A stretch of 64,000 nt of DNA from a virus. The notes under the pieces were generated by a model, which was not told where the DNA came from, did no database searches, and saw nothing but the letters and a program-made list of their open reading frames with translations. Numbering within the stretch: position 1 is the stretch's first letter; every line of letters starts with the position of its first letter. Position numbers and translations under genes: made by a program. The stretch covers positions 78,779 through 142,778 of IMG/VR virus record IMGVR_UViG_3300026445_000027; one strand, given 5' to 3'. Below are positions 29,952 to 38,066 of this stretch, one piece after another.

Positions 29952-32046
29952 CGGACACCAGTCGTGTAGCTTTGCTGTTAAGGAAGTACAATCCGAGCGA
30001 CTCAAGGATTGCGTAAATGGATTTAAAGTTCTGCTGGATCAACAGACGCGAGTCCACGATAGGTAGTAGCTCTTTCGGTATGCCGCCCATCTCATCGATC
30101 ATGTCTACTGGGATATAAACCGATGTCAACTTAGGACGGGTTTCGATGTAAGCATGGAAGTTCTCTCCCCACACTTTGTCTTCTACCGAATCGAAATACT
30201 GTCGCATCTTAGACTTGTTGTGCAACGCCAAGTTGACCTTGTAAGCCCGGTATGGCAGTTCTGGTGCTTTGCCGTACTTAGGCGCAAACACACTCTCCCA
30301 CAACTCGTGGTAGTAGTAGATGCTCGACTCTGGGTTAGAGTAAGCATTCTCAGCTTTGATACCGTTCTTAGTCAGCCAGGTGTAACCACCCTCGTCAATA
30401 TCTTGGAACAGGGCACGTTCAATGTCAGCGATCTCAGCCAACAGTTCAGCAGCATCCAACTGCTTCTTGTTGTAGATAGCATCGAGCACTTTACGCATAA
30501 GCGTGTTGGTGAACTCACGTACCTTAAGTGCGATCTTAACCCCACGCAAGTGCACGCCTTTGAGCTCTAACTTAGGTTTGGGGTGCAAGATACCTTCCAG
30601 CATCAACTGCATTGCATAGTAGTGCTTGGACATGGAGGTCGTCACGTACGAACTGAACAAGTACTCGTTTTTCATGTTCAATCGGTACATGTACCGATTA
30701 GACACGTTCATGTTCTTACTGAGACGTGCGTGCTGGTCTACTGCGATGCAACGGATGAAATACGTCAGTGCGGCGTTGAAGCAGATACCACCCTGCTCGT
30801 CTTCTACGTAGTCGTCGATAATCATGTCTACCGAGTAGATCATCGAGTCAGTGTCAGACGTCAGTACGTTCTCACGCACCAGCTCTTTCGCACTGAACAC
30901 ACCACTTGGTGGAATGTCTGCACGGAAGAATGCGTTAATGAATGTACTCCACTTCTCTTCCAACGACAAGTGGTGGGTGTTGAGGAACGTCATCTGCTTG
31001 CTGTCGGGTTTCTTACCCAACTTGGTAATACAGAGGATCTCGTAGTCCGAGTTAGCCGGCTTGACACCAGTAGACGGATCGTAGTCCTCTGGCATCTCTG
31101 GCAGAGCACACCAATCGTTGAAGAACCGTTGCATCAGTTCCCGGTTGGTAGTGTACAGACCACGCAAGTCCATGGTGCACAGCAGGATGGTCAGCTCCAG
31201 TGGGCTCAGACCTTCCAAGAACAACTGGATAGCACCCAAACGAGTCGGGTTCTTCCAGTAGTAACGAGCGCAACGACGAACCATGTCCATGACTTGGTCG
31301 ACTGTCGCATAATTCATTGAGTACTCGTTGATCACACGATGGATCAACTTACGGTCAGCAAACGCCAAAGTACTGAGGAACAGTTCCATTGTTGCGTCGA
31401 AGCTAACCAACAAACGGTTACCGGTAATCAGACGCTCGTTCAGCAAGTTAGCGGTCGAGGTTACAGTCCGGCAAGTACTGGTCAGAGTAGTGTGACCAGA
31501 TTTGTTGTACAGCGGAGTACCAGACGAAGACATACCACCCGACTGGGCGTTGTTGAAAATCTTCAGTGCGTTCTGGATCTCGTCGAATGCTTTTGCTGCT
31601 TCTTGGTCGTTAACGCCAAGTGCTTCTTTTTTCTTACCCTTGTACAGACGACGGAATTCAATAAAGGTGTCTGTACCAATGGCGTTTACCGATTGTTCAT
31701 CATCGGTGTGCTTGTACGCTACAAAGGACGGGCTGAGGATCCAGTTATTATGTTCTACTGTCTGGAAGAACTCACTTGCTGGCATGACCGTCGGAACACG
31801 ATCACCATACTTATTCTTTTTGAATACACCGAACTTGACTTCCTTGAAGCCGTTCTCGTTCGGGATAAAGACTTTCTCACATAACTCGAGTACTACGTTG
31901 TAATCGTACCCGTAAAGCACGCTAAGGTACATCGCAGCCTGAATGTGATACGACTTGATGATATCACGATTAGGCTTGTACTGCTCAGCCATGAAGGGGT
32001 TCTTCACTTCCTTGGCTGGTTTTAGGTTAGTTACTTGAGCAGTCAT
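29941..32046 (-). CDS. Family B DNA polymerase, polymerase subunit (phiKZ gp50-like)
   Basis: Motif B KIFNNAQSG, motif C SDTDS, KHY and LKGV; no exonuclease motifs recognised (split polymerase). Confidence 0.88.
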   Translation of the reverse strand: MTAQVTNLKPAKEVKNPFMAEQYKPNRDIIKSYHIQAAMYLSVLYGYDYNVVLELCEKVFIPNENGFKEVKFGVFKKNKYGDRVPTVMPASEFFQTVEHNNWILSPSFVAYKHTDDEQSVNAIGTDTFIEFRRLYKGKKKEALGVNDQEAAKAFDEIQNALKIFNNAQSGGMSSSGTPLYNKSGHTTLTSTCRTVTSTANLLNERLITGNRLLVSFDATMELFLSTLAFADRKLIHRVINEYSMNYATVDQVMDMVRRCARYYWKNPTRLGAIQLFLEGLSPLELTILLCTMDLRGLYTTNRELMQRFFNDWCALPEMPEDYDPSTGVKPANSDYEILCITKLGKKPDSKQMTFLNTHHLSLEEKWSTFINAFFRADIPPSGVFSAKELVRENVLTSDTDSMIYSVDMIIDDYVEDEQGGICFNAALTYFIRCIAVDQHARLSKNMNVSNRYMYRLNMKNEYLFSSYVTTSMSKHYYAMQLMLEGILHPKPKLELKGVHLRGVKIALKVREFTNTLMRKVLDAIYNKKQLDAAELLAEIADIERALFQDIDEGGYTWLTKNGIKAENAYSNPESSIYYYHELWESVFAPKYGKAPELPYRAYKVNLALHNKSKMRQYFDSVEDKVWGENFHAYIETRPKLTSVYIPVDMIDEMGGIPKELLPIVDSRLLIQQNFKSIYAILESLGLYFLNSKATRLVSDEH

Positions 32047-32100
32047 AAGCGACCTGTTTATGCAATCTAAAAATTAAAGACACAAAAAATAAAAAGGTGG

Positions 32101-32134
32101 CACCAAGTCCCCTAACTTAATAGGAGACTTGGTG
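32101..32134 (-). terminator. Hairpin plus U-tract
   Basis: CACCAAGTCCCCTA-acttaa-TAGGAGACTTGGTG followed on the minus strand by CCACCTTTTTATTTTTT. Confidence 0.65.
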
Positions 32135-32143
32135 TTAACTTAA

Positions 32144-32557
32144 CTACTCGTTGGTAAACTTGTTGCTGGTGTAGTTGGCCCCCAGGCTGGTCATGAAGGT
32201 CTTCAATGGGGCTTCCCAGGACTCTTGCCAGTTGGTGATGTTCACCACGTTGCGCATGGACTGCACGAACTGGAAGGTGGCATCCTTGATCCAAGGAATA
32301 CCAATCACCTCAGGACGACCATCGGCATTGGCCACTACGATGTAACCGTAAGCGGTTGGGTCGTCGATGTTGTTGACTTTGTTCTGGAAATAAGGGTAAA
32401 GCATGCGATGCTTCACATTCAATTCCGGATCCAGTGAGCGAGCGACGTTGTAGGTTAACTCACCGTCTACCCGCACACCTTGTTTGCCATCACCGATTAA
32501 ACCGTTGCGCTCGAACTGGAAACTTACTACGTCTCCCTTTTTGGGATTGATTGCCAT
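32144..32557 (-). CDS. Conserved hypothetical protein (phiKZ gp49-like)
   Basis: 137 aa; GGAGG RBS; DDP..Y.YI..GIPWI pattern; upstream of DNA polymerase. Confidence 0.7.
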   Translation of the reverse strand: MAINPKKGDVVSFQFERNGLIGDGKQGVRVDGELTYNVARSLDPELNVKHRMLYPYFQNKVNNIDDPTAYGYIVVANADGRPEVIGIPWIKDATFQFVQSMRNVVNITNWQESWEAPLKTFMTSLGANYTSNKFTNE

Positions 32558-32877
32558 GGTGTCCTCCGTTGGACCACAATTAACACTAGTGGTATCATCA
32601 AAGGATGGCCATCGAAGGTTACAACCCGTCCGGGGGTAGACGTGACTACGTAATCAACTACGCTTTCGTCTTCCAGGTCCTCAATCATAATGTCAATCAA
32701 ACACTGGTCTGCCGCAGTGTCTGGGTCGTCGCAGGTCATCATTAATTCGACTTCCCGCGCCAGGTAGCTTTGCAGATTATCAAACTCAAAGAACGTTTGA
32801 TCGTCCGCTACTTCTGGTAATGACGCCAGGTAATTGAGCAGCGCATCGTAATCAATGTCTAGGATACGCTTGTACAT
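32527..32877 (-). CDS. Hypothetical acidic protein
   Basis: 116 aa in a packed operon. Confidence 0.65.
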   Translation of the reverse strand: MYKRILDIDYDALLNYLASLPEVADDQTFFEFDNLQSYLAREVELMMTCDDPDTAADQCLIDIMIEDLEDESVVDYVVTSTPGRVVTFDGHPLMIPLVLIVVQRRTPWQSIPKRET

Positions 32878-32882
32878 GAGAA

Positions 32883-33206
32883 CTATTCCAAGTAGTAGAA
32901 AGTAAACACCACCGTCTTGCCATTAACGGTGAAGTTCTCCAAGTATACGCTGGTATGATCCGTTACTGCTGCCTGGATAGACTCCATGGTGCGGAAGAAG
33001 TCTGTTTGCAGGATTTGTTGGCACTCAGGGATCGGGTGGCTAAAGCCCTGGGTATTAGTCGGGATCATGTTCATCAGGGTAATGTCTACACCCTGGATCG
33101 AGAACAGGTTCTTGTACGCACCGAGCATTTCGTGGACGTCGGTGTTAGGTGGCAGTTGCACCACGTAGGTAAAGACCTGCTTTTGTTTTGCTTGCTCAGT
33201 CATCAA
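32883..33206 (-). CDS. Hypothetical protein
   Basis: 107 aa; GGAG RBS. Confidence 0.7.
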   Translation of the reverse strand: MMTEQAKQKQVFTYVVQLPPNTDVHEMLGAYKNLFSIQGVDITLMNMIPTNTQGFSHPIPECQQILQTDFFRTMESIQAAVTDHTSVYLENFTVNGKTVVFTFYYLE

Positions 33207-33528
33207 AAAGCTCCAGATAAATTACGTGATCTTTAATGCTGAAAGACGAAAGGGTTGCGTCTTTGATAGCACTATGTACCAGAATACCAATTTGTACCAA
33301 GTGCGGGATTACTTCCAGCAGTAGGAGCTGGAACACCGCTGGATCTAGTTTCAGCAACTCGATGGTATCTTTGGTCAGGTCTTCTTGTATGTCTGGCTCG
33401 TTTGCCAACCAGATCTGCACCAGGAAGTTTAACAGGGTGTCGATCTCGGCGACACCCAAACCATGGTTGGTGAAAATGTCTTTTACCATCCCCAGAGGAA
33501 CGGTTACTACTTTAGTCTTGGGTTCCAA
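33196..33528 (-). CDS. Hypothetical protein
   Basis: 110 aa; TTG start with GGAGG RBS. Confidence 0.65.
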   Translation of the reverse strand: MEPKTKVVTVPLGMVKDIFTNHGLGVAEIDTLLNFLVQIWLANEPDIQEDLTKDTIELLKLDPAVFQLLLLEVIPHLVQIGILVHSAIKDATLSSFSIKDHVIYLELFDD

Positions 33529-33979
33529 AGCAAAACTCCTCCAATGGTGATAGCTCGGATGGTATTAAAAAATCTCGTTCATCTATTGCTACCAAGATGT
33601 TCATATTGGGCATTAGCTTATAGCCGCACTTATAATCCAGCACAGACTTAGGTGTTAGATCAATTACCTGTCGATAGATGTGTGCGGCACCATCCTGGAT
33701 GATATCTTTAATGTCATCCTCTAACAGGTTCTTGCGACAGATAATCTGGTCGTAGTGCTGTTCGTCAAACCGCACCCCACCAGGGTAACCTTCAAATGCA
33801 GCTTCGATGCTTGCTTCCCACAAACCTTTGGCTAGATCAGGCCAGCGTTTAGGTGGTAGGTTACCCACGATAATTCTGGATGTTTCTTCGCTGATCTTTT
33901 CGTACAAACTCTGCGCGTCGATTTGATGAAAGCGGAGGGATTGACTGAGCCCTAGCACCATCAGATTTATTGAACTCAT
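33512..33979 (-). CDS. Hypothetical protein
   Basis: 155 aa in a packed operon. Confidence 0.65.
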   Translation of the reverse strand: MSSINLMVLGLSQSLRFHQIDAQSLYEKISEETSRIIVGNLPPKRWPDLAKGLWEASIEAAFEGYPGGVRFDEQHYDQIICRKNLLEDDIKDIIQDGAAHIYRQVIDLTPKSVLDYKCGYKLMPNMNILVAIDERDFLIPSELSPLEEFCFGTQD

Positions 33980-34418
33980 TGATATCGTCCATACTTGGTG
34001 TGTCAGTTACCACATCCATGATATCTTCTTCTTCCCGCACTGGAGGAGTGATGTTCCACCCTAGTCGCTCTGCGGTAGCTTCCAGATCCATCACGATAAC
34101 GGCTGTAGTATATACCACGCCGATTACCGAGTAATCCACTTTAACCACCAATCGTGGATCCCAGCCATTACCACGAATCATGCGCTGGATCATTGCTACA
34201 TACGACGAGAACACTTTATCTGGTACGGACATACCATAAGTGTCAGCAAAGTCTTCGATATCTTCGGCGATTTTGTTTTTACGCTTACCGCTAGATTCGT
34301 TAATGTATTCCACTGCAGCCGTTACTAACGCTCTGGCAATCTCCAGTCTGACCATCAAGGTAGTGTCGGCTTCCAAGATGAAGTCATTGGCTAATGCCAT
34401 TATGTCGATCTTAACCAC
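33861..34418 (-). CDS. Hypothetical protein
   Basis: 185 aa; GAGG RBS; 119-nt overlap with the next gene. Confidence 0.65.
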   Translation of the reverse strand: MVKIDIMALANDFILEADTTLMVRLEIARALVTAAVEYINESSGKRKNKIAEDIEDFADTYGMSVPDKVFSSYVAMIQRMIRGNGWDPRLVVKVDYSVIGVVYTTAVIVMDLEATAERLGWNITPPVREEEDIMDVVTDTPSMDDINEFNKSDGARAQSIPPLSSNRRAEFVRKDQRRNIQNYRG

Positions 34419-34430
34419 AGGGTACCTCGG

Positions 34431-34727
34431 TTAATATTCCAGTGTTATTAATAGAAAAGCGTTGGCTTTACCATAGGCGCTAATATTGACGTAAGCATCA
34501 CGAGGTACACCCGCTATCTTTTCCAATATCCCTTCCCGTAGCCCCTCGAAGTCATGCCCATGCATGCGATGGTAAATACGTTGCTCGTTAAATTCAGTAA
34601 ACCCTTCATCCATCAAAACGGAAATAACGTCTGTAACGTCTATTTTGCGTTCTAAGAGCTTTTTGCCGTCGCCGATAGGACGGCCAAGGGTAAACCGTTC
34701 AAGGTTAATAGAGAAGCTTCTAGACAC
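34431..34727 (-). CDS. Hypothetical protein
   Basis: 98 aa; GAGG RBS. Confidence 0.65.
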   Translation of the reverse strand: MSRSFSINLERFTLGRPIGDGKKLLERKIDVTDVISVLMDEGFTEFNEQRIYHRMHGHDFEGLREGILEKIAGVPRDAYVNISAYGKANAFLLITLEY

Positions 34728-34795
34728 CTTTACGACCCCTCTCGTTAAACATAGTATCGCATATATATGGTCAACCAGTTAAAAACAACTATAAC

Positions 34796-34829
34796 CCTAA
34801 GGGTAGGAGCATTAGCTCCTACCCTTAGG
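34796..34829 (-). terminator. Hairpin downstream of phuZ
   Basis: CCTAAGGGTAGGAGC-atta-GCTCCTACCCTTAGG. Confidence 0.75.
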
Positions 34830-34841
34830 TTACATCATAGC

Positions 34842-35837
34842 TTACAGCAAGACGCCGTTGGAATCAGCACCGACGGACATGTCTTTCTGTTGTACGTAGA
34901 CGCCCTGGTTGGTGGACTTGACCTTGGTCAGTTTTTCCAGTTGTTGCTCCAGGTCGGCTACGGATTCACCGTGGTCCAGCAGCATGTGCAGCTGGGTGGT
35001 GTCGGCTGGGGTTTGGATGCCCTTGCCGAAGATGCCGGTGGAACGGATCACAGTGCCGGAGAAAGCAGCAGTGATGTTCTCGGACTTGTCGAACAGGCTG
35101 ACGGTAGCTACCGGGATTGGGCCCTTGTAGTTTTCCGGGTTGTCGTAGAAGCTGATGCGCGACAGTGCTGGTGGAACGCCGTAGTGCTTGGAGTAGTCCA
35201 GCACGTTGAGCAGGTCTTGGAAGTCTTGCTCTTCGTTGTCACCGTTGGCGAACAGCGAGAACAGCGAGATCTTCTGAACGACGTCGCGGTCGACTTGGCC
35301 GCGGGTCTTACCTGGCTCGTTGCGGAACTCCATGTAGTTGATCGGAGCGTTGAGCTGGTTCGGTTGGGTTTGAATCGCCATCGACTGCAGAGTCTTGATG
35401 GAGTTTTCCATTTCGACCTGGGAGGTGTGGTCGGTGATGATCGCCAGTACTGCCGAGTGGCCGTTCTGTTTCAGCCAGCGGATCACCAGGGTAGCCAGCA
35501 GGGCACCAGAACCACCAGCGCCGGAGCAGGCAACGATGTTGAACACGCCTGGGGTGTACTTGTTCATGGTGCGGTCAACGAACGGTACAGCCTCGGCGTA
35601 GTTGGTAGCTTTGACCTTACCGGAACCGTTGGCGAGCTTCTTCGGATCACCGCTCAGTGGGACGCGTTCCAGCGGGATGCCCAGTTCTTCTGGCAGGCGG
35701 TTGTTACCGGAGGCGTCGAGTGCCAGGTAAGTTGCCTTGGCCACCTTGTCCGAGTAGGTGCTGGCTTTCAACAGCTTAGCGATGTTGATACCGGCGCCGC
35801 CGCAGACGATGATGTTCAGCTCTGGTTTAGTCGACAT
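34842..35837 (-). CDS. phuZ: Phage tubulin PhuZ
   Basis: CGGAGINI, GSGK, tubulin signature SGAGGSG, QDFQDL; 331 aa. Confidence 0.93.
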   Translation of the reverse strand: MSTKPELNIIVCGGAGINIAKLLKASTYSDKVAKATYLALDASGNNRLPEELGIPLERVPLSGDPKKLANGSGKVKATNYAEAVPFVDRTMNKYTPGVFNIVACSGAGGSGALLATLVIRWLKQNGHSAVLAIITDHTSQVEMENSIKTLQSMAIQTQPNQLNAPINYMEFRNEPGKTRGQVDRDVVQKISLFSLFANGDNEEQDFQDLLNVLDYSKHYGVPPALSRISFYDNPENYKGPIPVATVSLFDKSENITAAFSGTVIRSTGIFGKGIQTPADTTQLHMLLDHGESVADLEQQLEKLTKVKSTNQGVYVQQKDMSVGADSNGVLL

Positions 35838-35912
35838 AAATTACTCTCTTTACCAAGTGGAAGTGTATTGCGAAATCATTTATGTAAAAGATCTGTAGAT
35901 CCATACACGTAG

Positions 35913-35930
35913 GTAATATAGGCTTGTAAA
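35913..35930 (-). promoter_or_regulatory. Phage early promoter of phuZ
   Basis: Minus strand TTTACAAGCCTATATTAC with an exact TATATTAC core. Confidence 0.75.
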
Positions 35931-36135
35931 TTTATTACCCTACATAAAAAGGTTATCCAGTATAAATGCAAAAAAGAAAAGCATTACCTACCAGTACCTA
36001 AACCACATGGGCAAGGACTGGTAGGCTAAGCTTAACTACACTGGGATGCTATCAACTAACTAGGTCGAACCCTACAACGACCAGGTATGTGATTGAGCAA
36101 TACAATATAAAGTGCAGTTACAAAAAATAAAGTAT

Positions 36136-36447
36136 AACCCCACCCAATACCCCTAGACCAGGCGACAGTGTCGGCTAGGATCAGGGCATTGAGCAGGGGG
36201 AGGTTTTCTTTGGTTGCCTCAACAGCACAACCCAACCAGCGAATAACTAGGCAGACGATTACTGGTTGTTGCCTTAGGACCTCCTAACCTTTGGCAGGGG
36301 CAGGGGCTACAGCATGGGTCGAAGATACAAAGGAAGAGTGACGTACCAATTGAGAGGCACACCGGCCAGCAAACCTGACAACGGGTACATCACTCTGACT
36401 AGGCAAGCGAGGGCAAGCTTAGTCTACACGGCCGCTAGGTCCATGTT
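36136..36447 (-). ncRNA. Putative structured RNA(s) at the 3' end of the tRNA operon
   Basis: No credible ORF; 12-bp helix 36335-36346/36385-36396, crossing helices, long G-U-containing hairpin 36136-36205 followed by a U-tract. Confidence 0.45.
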
Positions 36448-36524
36448 TGGAAGAGGTAGATGGATTCGAACCATCGCATGACAGGATCAAAACCTGTTGC
36501 CTTACCGGGCTTGGCTATACCTCT
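36448..36524 (-). tRNA. tRNA-Gln (anticodon TTG)
   Basis: AGAGGTA/TACCTCT acceptor, ACAGG-TTTTGAT-CCTGT anticodon arm, GTTCGAATC, encoded CCA. Confidence 0.93.
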
Positions 36525-36529
36525 GTAAC

Positions 36530-36624
36530 TGGGGTGGTCTACGGGCTTTTACCGTACGTCGTGAGTAACAGGCCGGCCTCCAGACCTGTAACGGCTTTCT
36601 CAAAGTGGACCTTGGGAGAACACC
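36530..36624 (-). ncRNA. tRNA-like RNA A (95 nt)
   Basis: GGTGTTC/GACCACC acceptor-like stem, TACGG-TAAAAGC-CCGTA T-arm, CCA end; no canonical D or anticodon loop. Confidence 0.6.
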
Positions 36625-36631
36625 TTTGATT

Positions 36632-36707
36632 TGGCTCCACGTCCTGGATTCGAACCAGGGACCAACAGATTAACAGTCTGCTGCTCTACCGACTGAGCTA
36701 ACGTGGA
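36632..36707 (-). tRNA. tRNA-Asn (anticodon GTT)
   Basis: TCCACGT/ACGTGGA acceptor, GCAGA-CTGTTAA-TCTGT anticodon arm, GTTCGAATC, GCCA end. Confidence 0.95.
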
Positions 36708-36715
36708 AGAAATAT

Positions 36716-36831
36716 TGACGGTCCATTCGGGCTTTTACCGCACTTACTCATGAGCTTGCGGCTCAAGGGGGCCCGACCGTCCGGGCGCCGAGTGCTTTCT
36801 TTACCTACCAGGGTTCCTTGATCAATGGTCC
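36716..36831 (-). ncRNA. tRNA-like RNA B (116 nt), paralog of RNA A
   Basis: GGACCA/TGGACC acceptor-like stem, CGG-TAAAAGC-CCG T-arm, CAAGG and AGAAAGC motifs shared with RNA A, GTCA end. Confidence 0.55.
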
Positions 36832-36847
36832 TTTGTAGGTTAATATG

Positions 36848-36981
36848 TTGTTCGACCTGGTAAGGGGGAAGGGAGGCTCGTTTTATCCCCCGACTTGGAC
36901 CCATGCACCGTATGGACTACTGGGCGGCTCCTTTTAGTGTAGCCCGGCTGTACCCTACCGTCTTTCCACCAGATCAAACAA
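36848..36981 (-). ncRNA. Putative ~134-nt ncRNA closed by a 14-bp stem
   Basis: TTGTTTGATCTGGT/ACCAGGTCGAACAA, with two G-U pairs that form only on the minus strand. Confidence 0.55.
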
Positions 36982-36994
36982 ACTCTTGAATAAA

Positions 36995-37285
36995 GTATCC
37001 GTTCGCCACACCCGCGCTATTCGCATTCCGCAAGCGCGTCATGTACTTACATTCCCGTTGCCACGGATCACAGCAAAGCGCTCAGCGCGCTAGCACGGGA
37101 AAGAGTCCCCCTAGGACTTCTTGTGTGGGCTGCTTGCGCAATGCAAAGCCGCCCTGCGAGCCAACCTGACCGTCGGCTAAATGCCAGCAACAAGGTACCG
37201 TGACGAACCTTGTTGCCGGACTAGGTGTGTGTTCCTCAGCGCCCTTCGCCGCCCACAGCGCACCACCTTTGCTGAGGGACACACA
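36995..37285 (-). ncRNA. Putative ~290-nt highly structured ncRNA
   Basis: 15-bp and 13-bp hairpins, several short helices, possible pseudoknots; no credible ORF. Confidence 0.5.
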
Positions 37286-37287
37286 TT

Positions 37288-37427
37288 TGGTAGAGAGTAC
37301 ACGATTCGAACGTGTGGGCCCATAAGTGTCGTTGGCCGACACCCTGAGCACATCCGGTTTCATGTAAGGCCGCCCTAGGGTACGCCCACAATCCTCCAGA
37401 CTCCTTAAACCACTCGGACAACTCTCT
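37288..37427 (-). ncRNA. Expanded tRNA-Ser-derived RNA (140 nt)
   Basis: Perfect acceptor, Ser-type D arm TGTCCGAGTGGTTTAAGGA, T arm ACACG-TTCGAAT-CGTGT, ACCA end; 38-nt anticodon loop and 37-nt variable arm. Confidence 0.8.
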
Positions 37428-37444
37428 GTTAACTTTGTATAACA

Positions 37445-37603
37445 TAGGAAATCGGGACGGATCCCAGGGTAGAGCCCTGGTCTTACGCCGTAAGTATACG
37501 ACGCATTCTGGATCGCCCTCCGTCTTGAGGCTTTTCTTCCCTAAGTCTAGCCAACCCTGACGGCCGTTAGGCTAGAGAGTTAACCGCGACCCGGGTTTAT
37601 CCA
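37445..37603 (-). ncRNA. Putative structured spacer RNA
   Basis: Hairpins TCTAGCC/GGCTAGA, CCAGGG/CCCTGG, GACGGA/TCCGTC; non-coding. Confidence 0.35.
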
Positions 37604-37607
37604 AATA

Positions 37608-37693
37608 TGGTGCGAGAGACGGGCATCGAACCCGTATGGCCAGAAGCCGACAGATTTTAAGTCTGTTGTGTATACCAATTCCACCACACTCGC
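37608..37693 (-). tRNA. tRNA-Leu (anticodon TAA)
   Basis: GCGAGTG acceptor, GGAATTGGTATAC D loop, ACAGA-CTTAAAA-TCTGT anticodon arm, long variable arm, ACCA. Confidence 0.92.
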
Positions 37694-37801
37694 AGAACAC
37701 ACCGTTACATATCATAACCATGTGTAGTAAAAAGATAAGAGGAACTGCTCCAGATTGCGACATCCTTCACAATCCCTCTGTCACCTAGACCTCGGTAATA
37801 G

Positions 37802-38066
37802 TGTTAACCCTTTTACCGCCGTAAAGGCCCGCCTCATCAAACTCTCTGCTCACAACCATGCTGCCGGCCAGATCGAAATCCCAGGGCGGTCAGCACAGAA
37901 GAAGCCCAGTAGGAAAGTTTGGGTGACTTAGTGGGTTTGACGTTCCACTCATAGGTTCTGCTCAGAAAAGCTTGTCATCGCGATTCGTTGCATCATACAA
38001 CCACCGGCTCCACCTTAAGGTTCCGGCTGATCTCCTCAATGGGAGAATTCGGTTTAGGCGTTAACA
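37802..38066 (-). ncRNA. Possible ~265-nt ncRNA or leader at the start of the RNA island
   Basis: Non-coding, several hairpins, TGTTAAC/GTTAACA ends (palindromic, so weak evidence). Confidence 0.3.

Noticed and set aside
29941-32046. DNA polymerase lacking exonuclease motifs as a pseudogene
   Set aside because: A split family B polymerase is the known state in phiKZ-like phages; the ORF is intact.
33861-33979. 119-nt same-strand gene overlap as a possible frameshift site
   Set aside because: No slippery heptamer seen; the downstream gene has its own ATG; likely a simple C-terminal extension.
36540-36745. CGGTAAAAGCCCG resembles part of an FMN riboswitch
   Set aside because: The other FMN riboswitch conserved segments were not found and no regulated gene follows; treated as a T-loop in tRNA-like RNAs.
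37350-37400. Group I or archaeal-type intron in the Ser-like tRNA
   Set aside because: The insert is far too short for group I, and no single excision restores a canonical U33-containing loop with the TGA anticodon.
36447-37763. Short ORFs (60-93 aa) within the RNA island
   Set aside because: They overlap tRNAs or structured RNAs and lack convincing RBS or codon bias.
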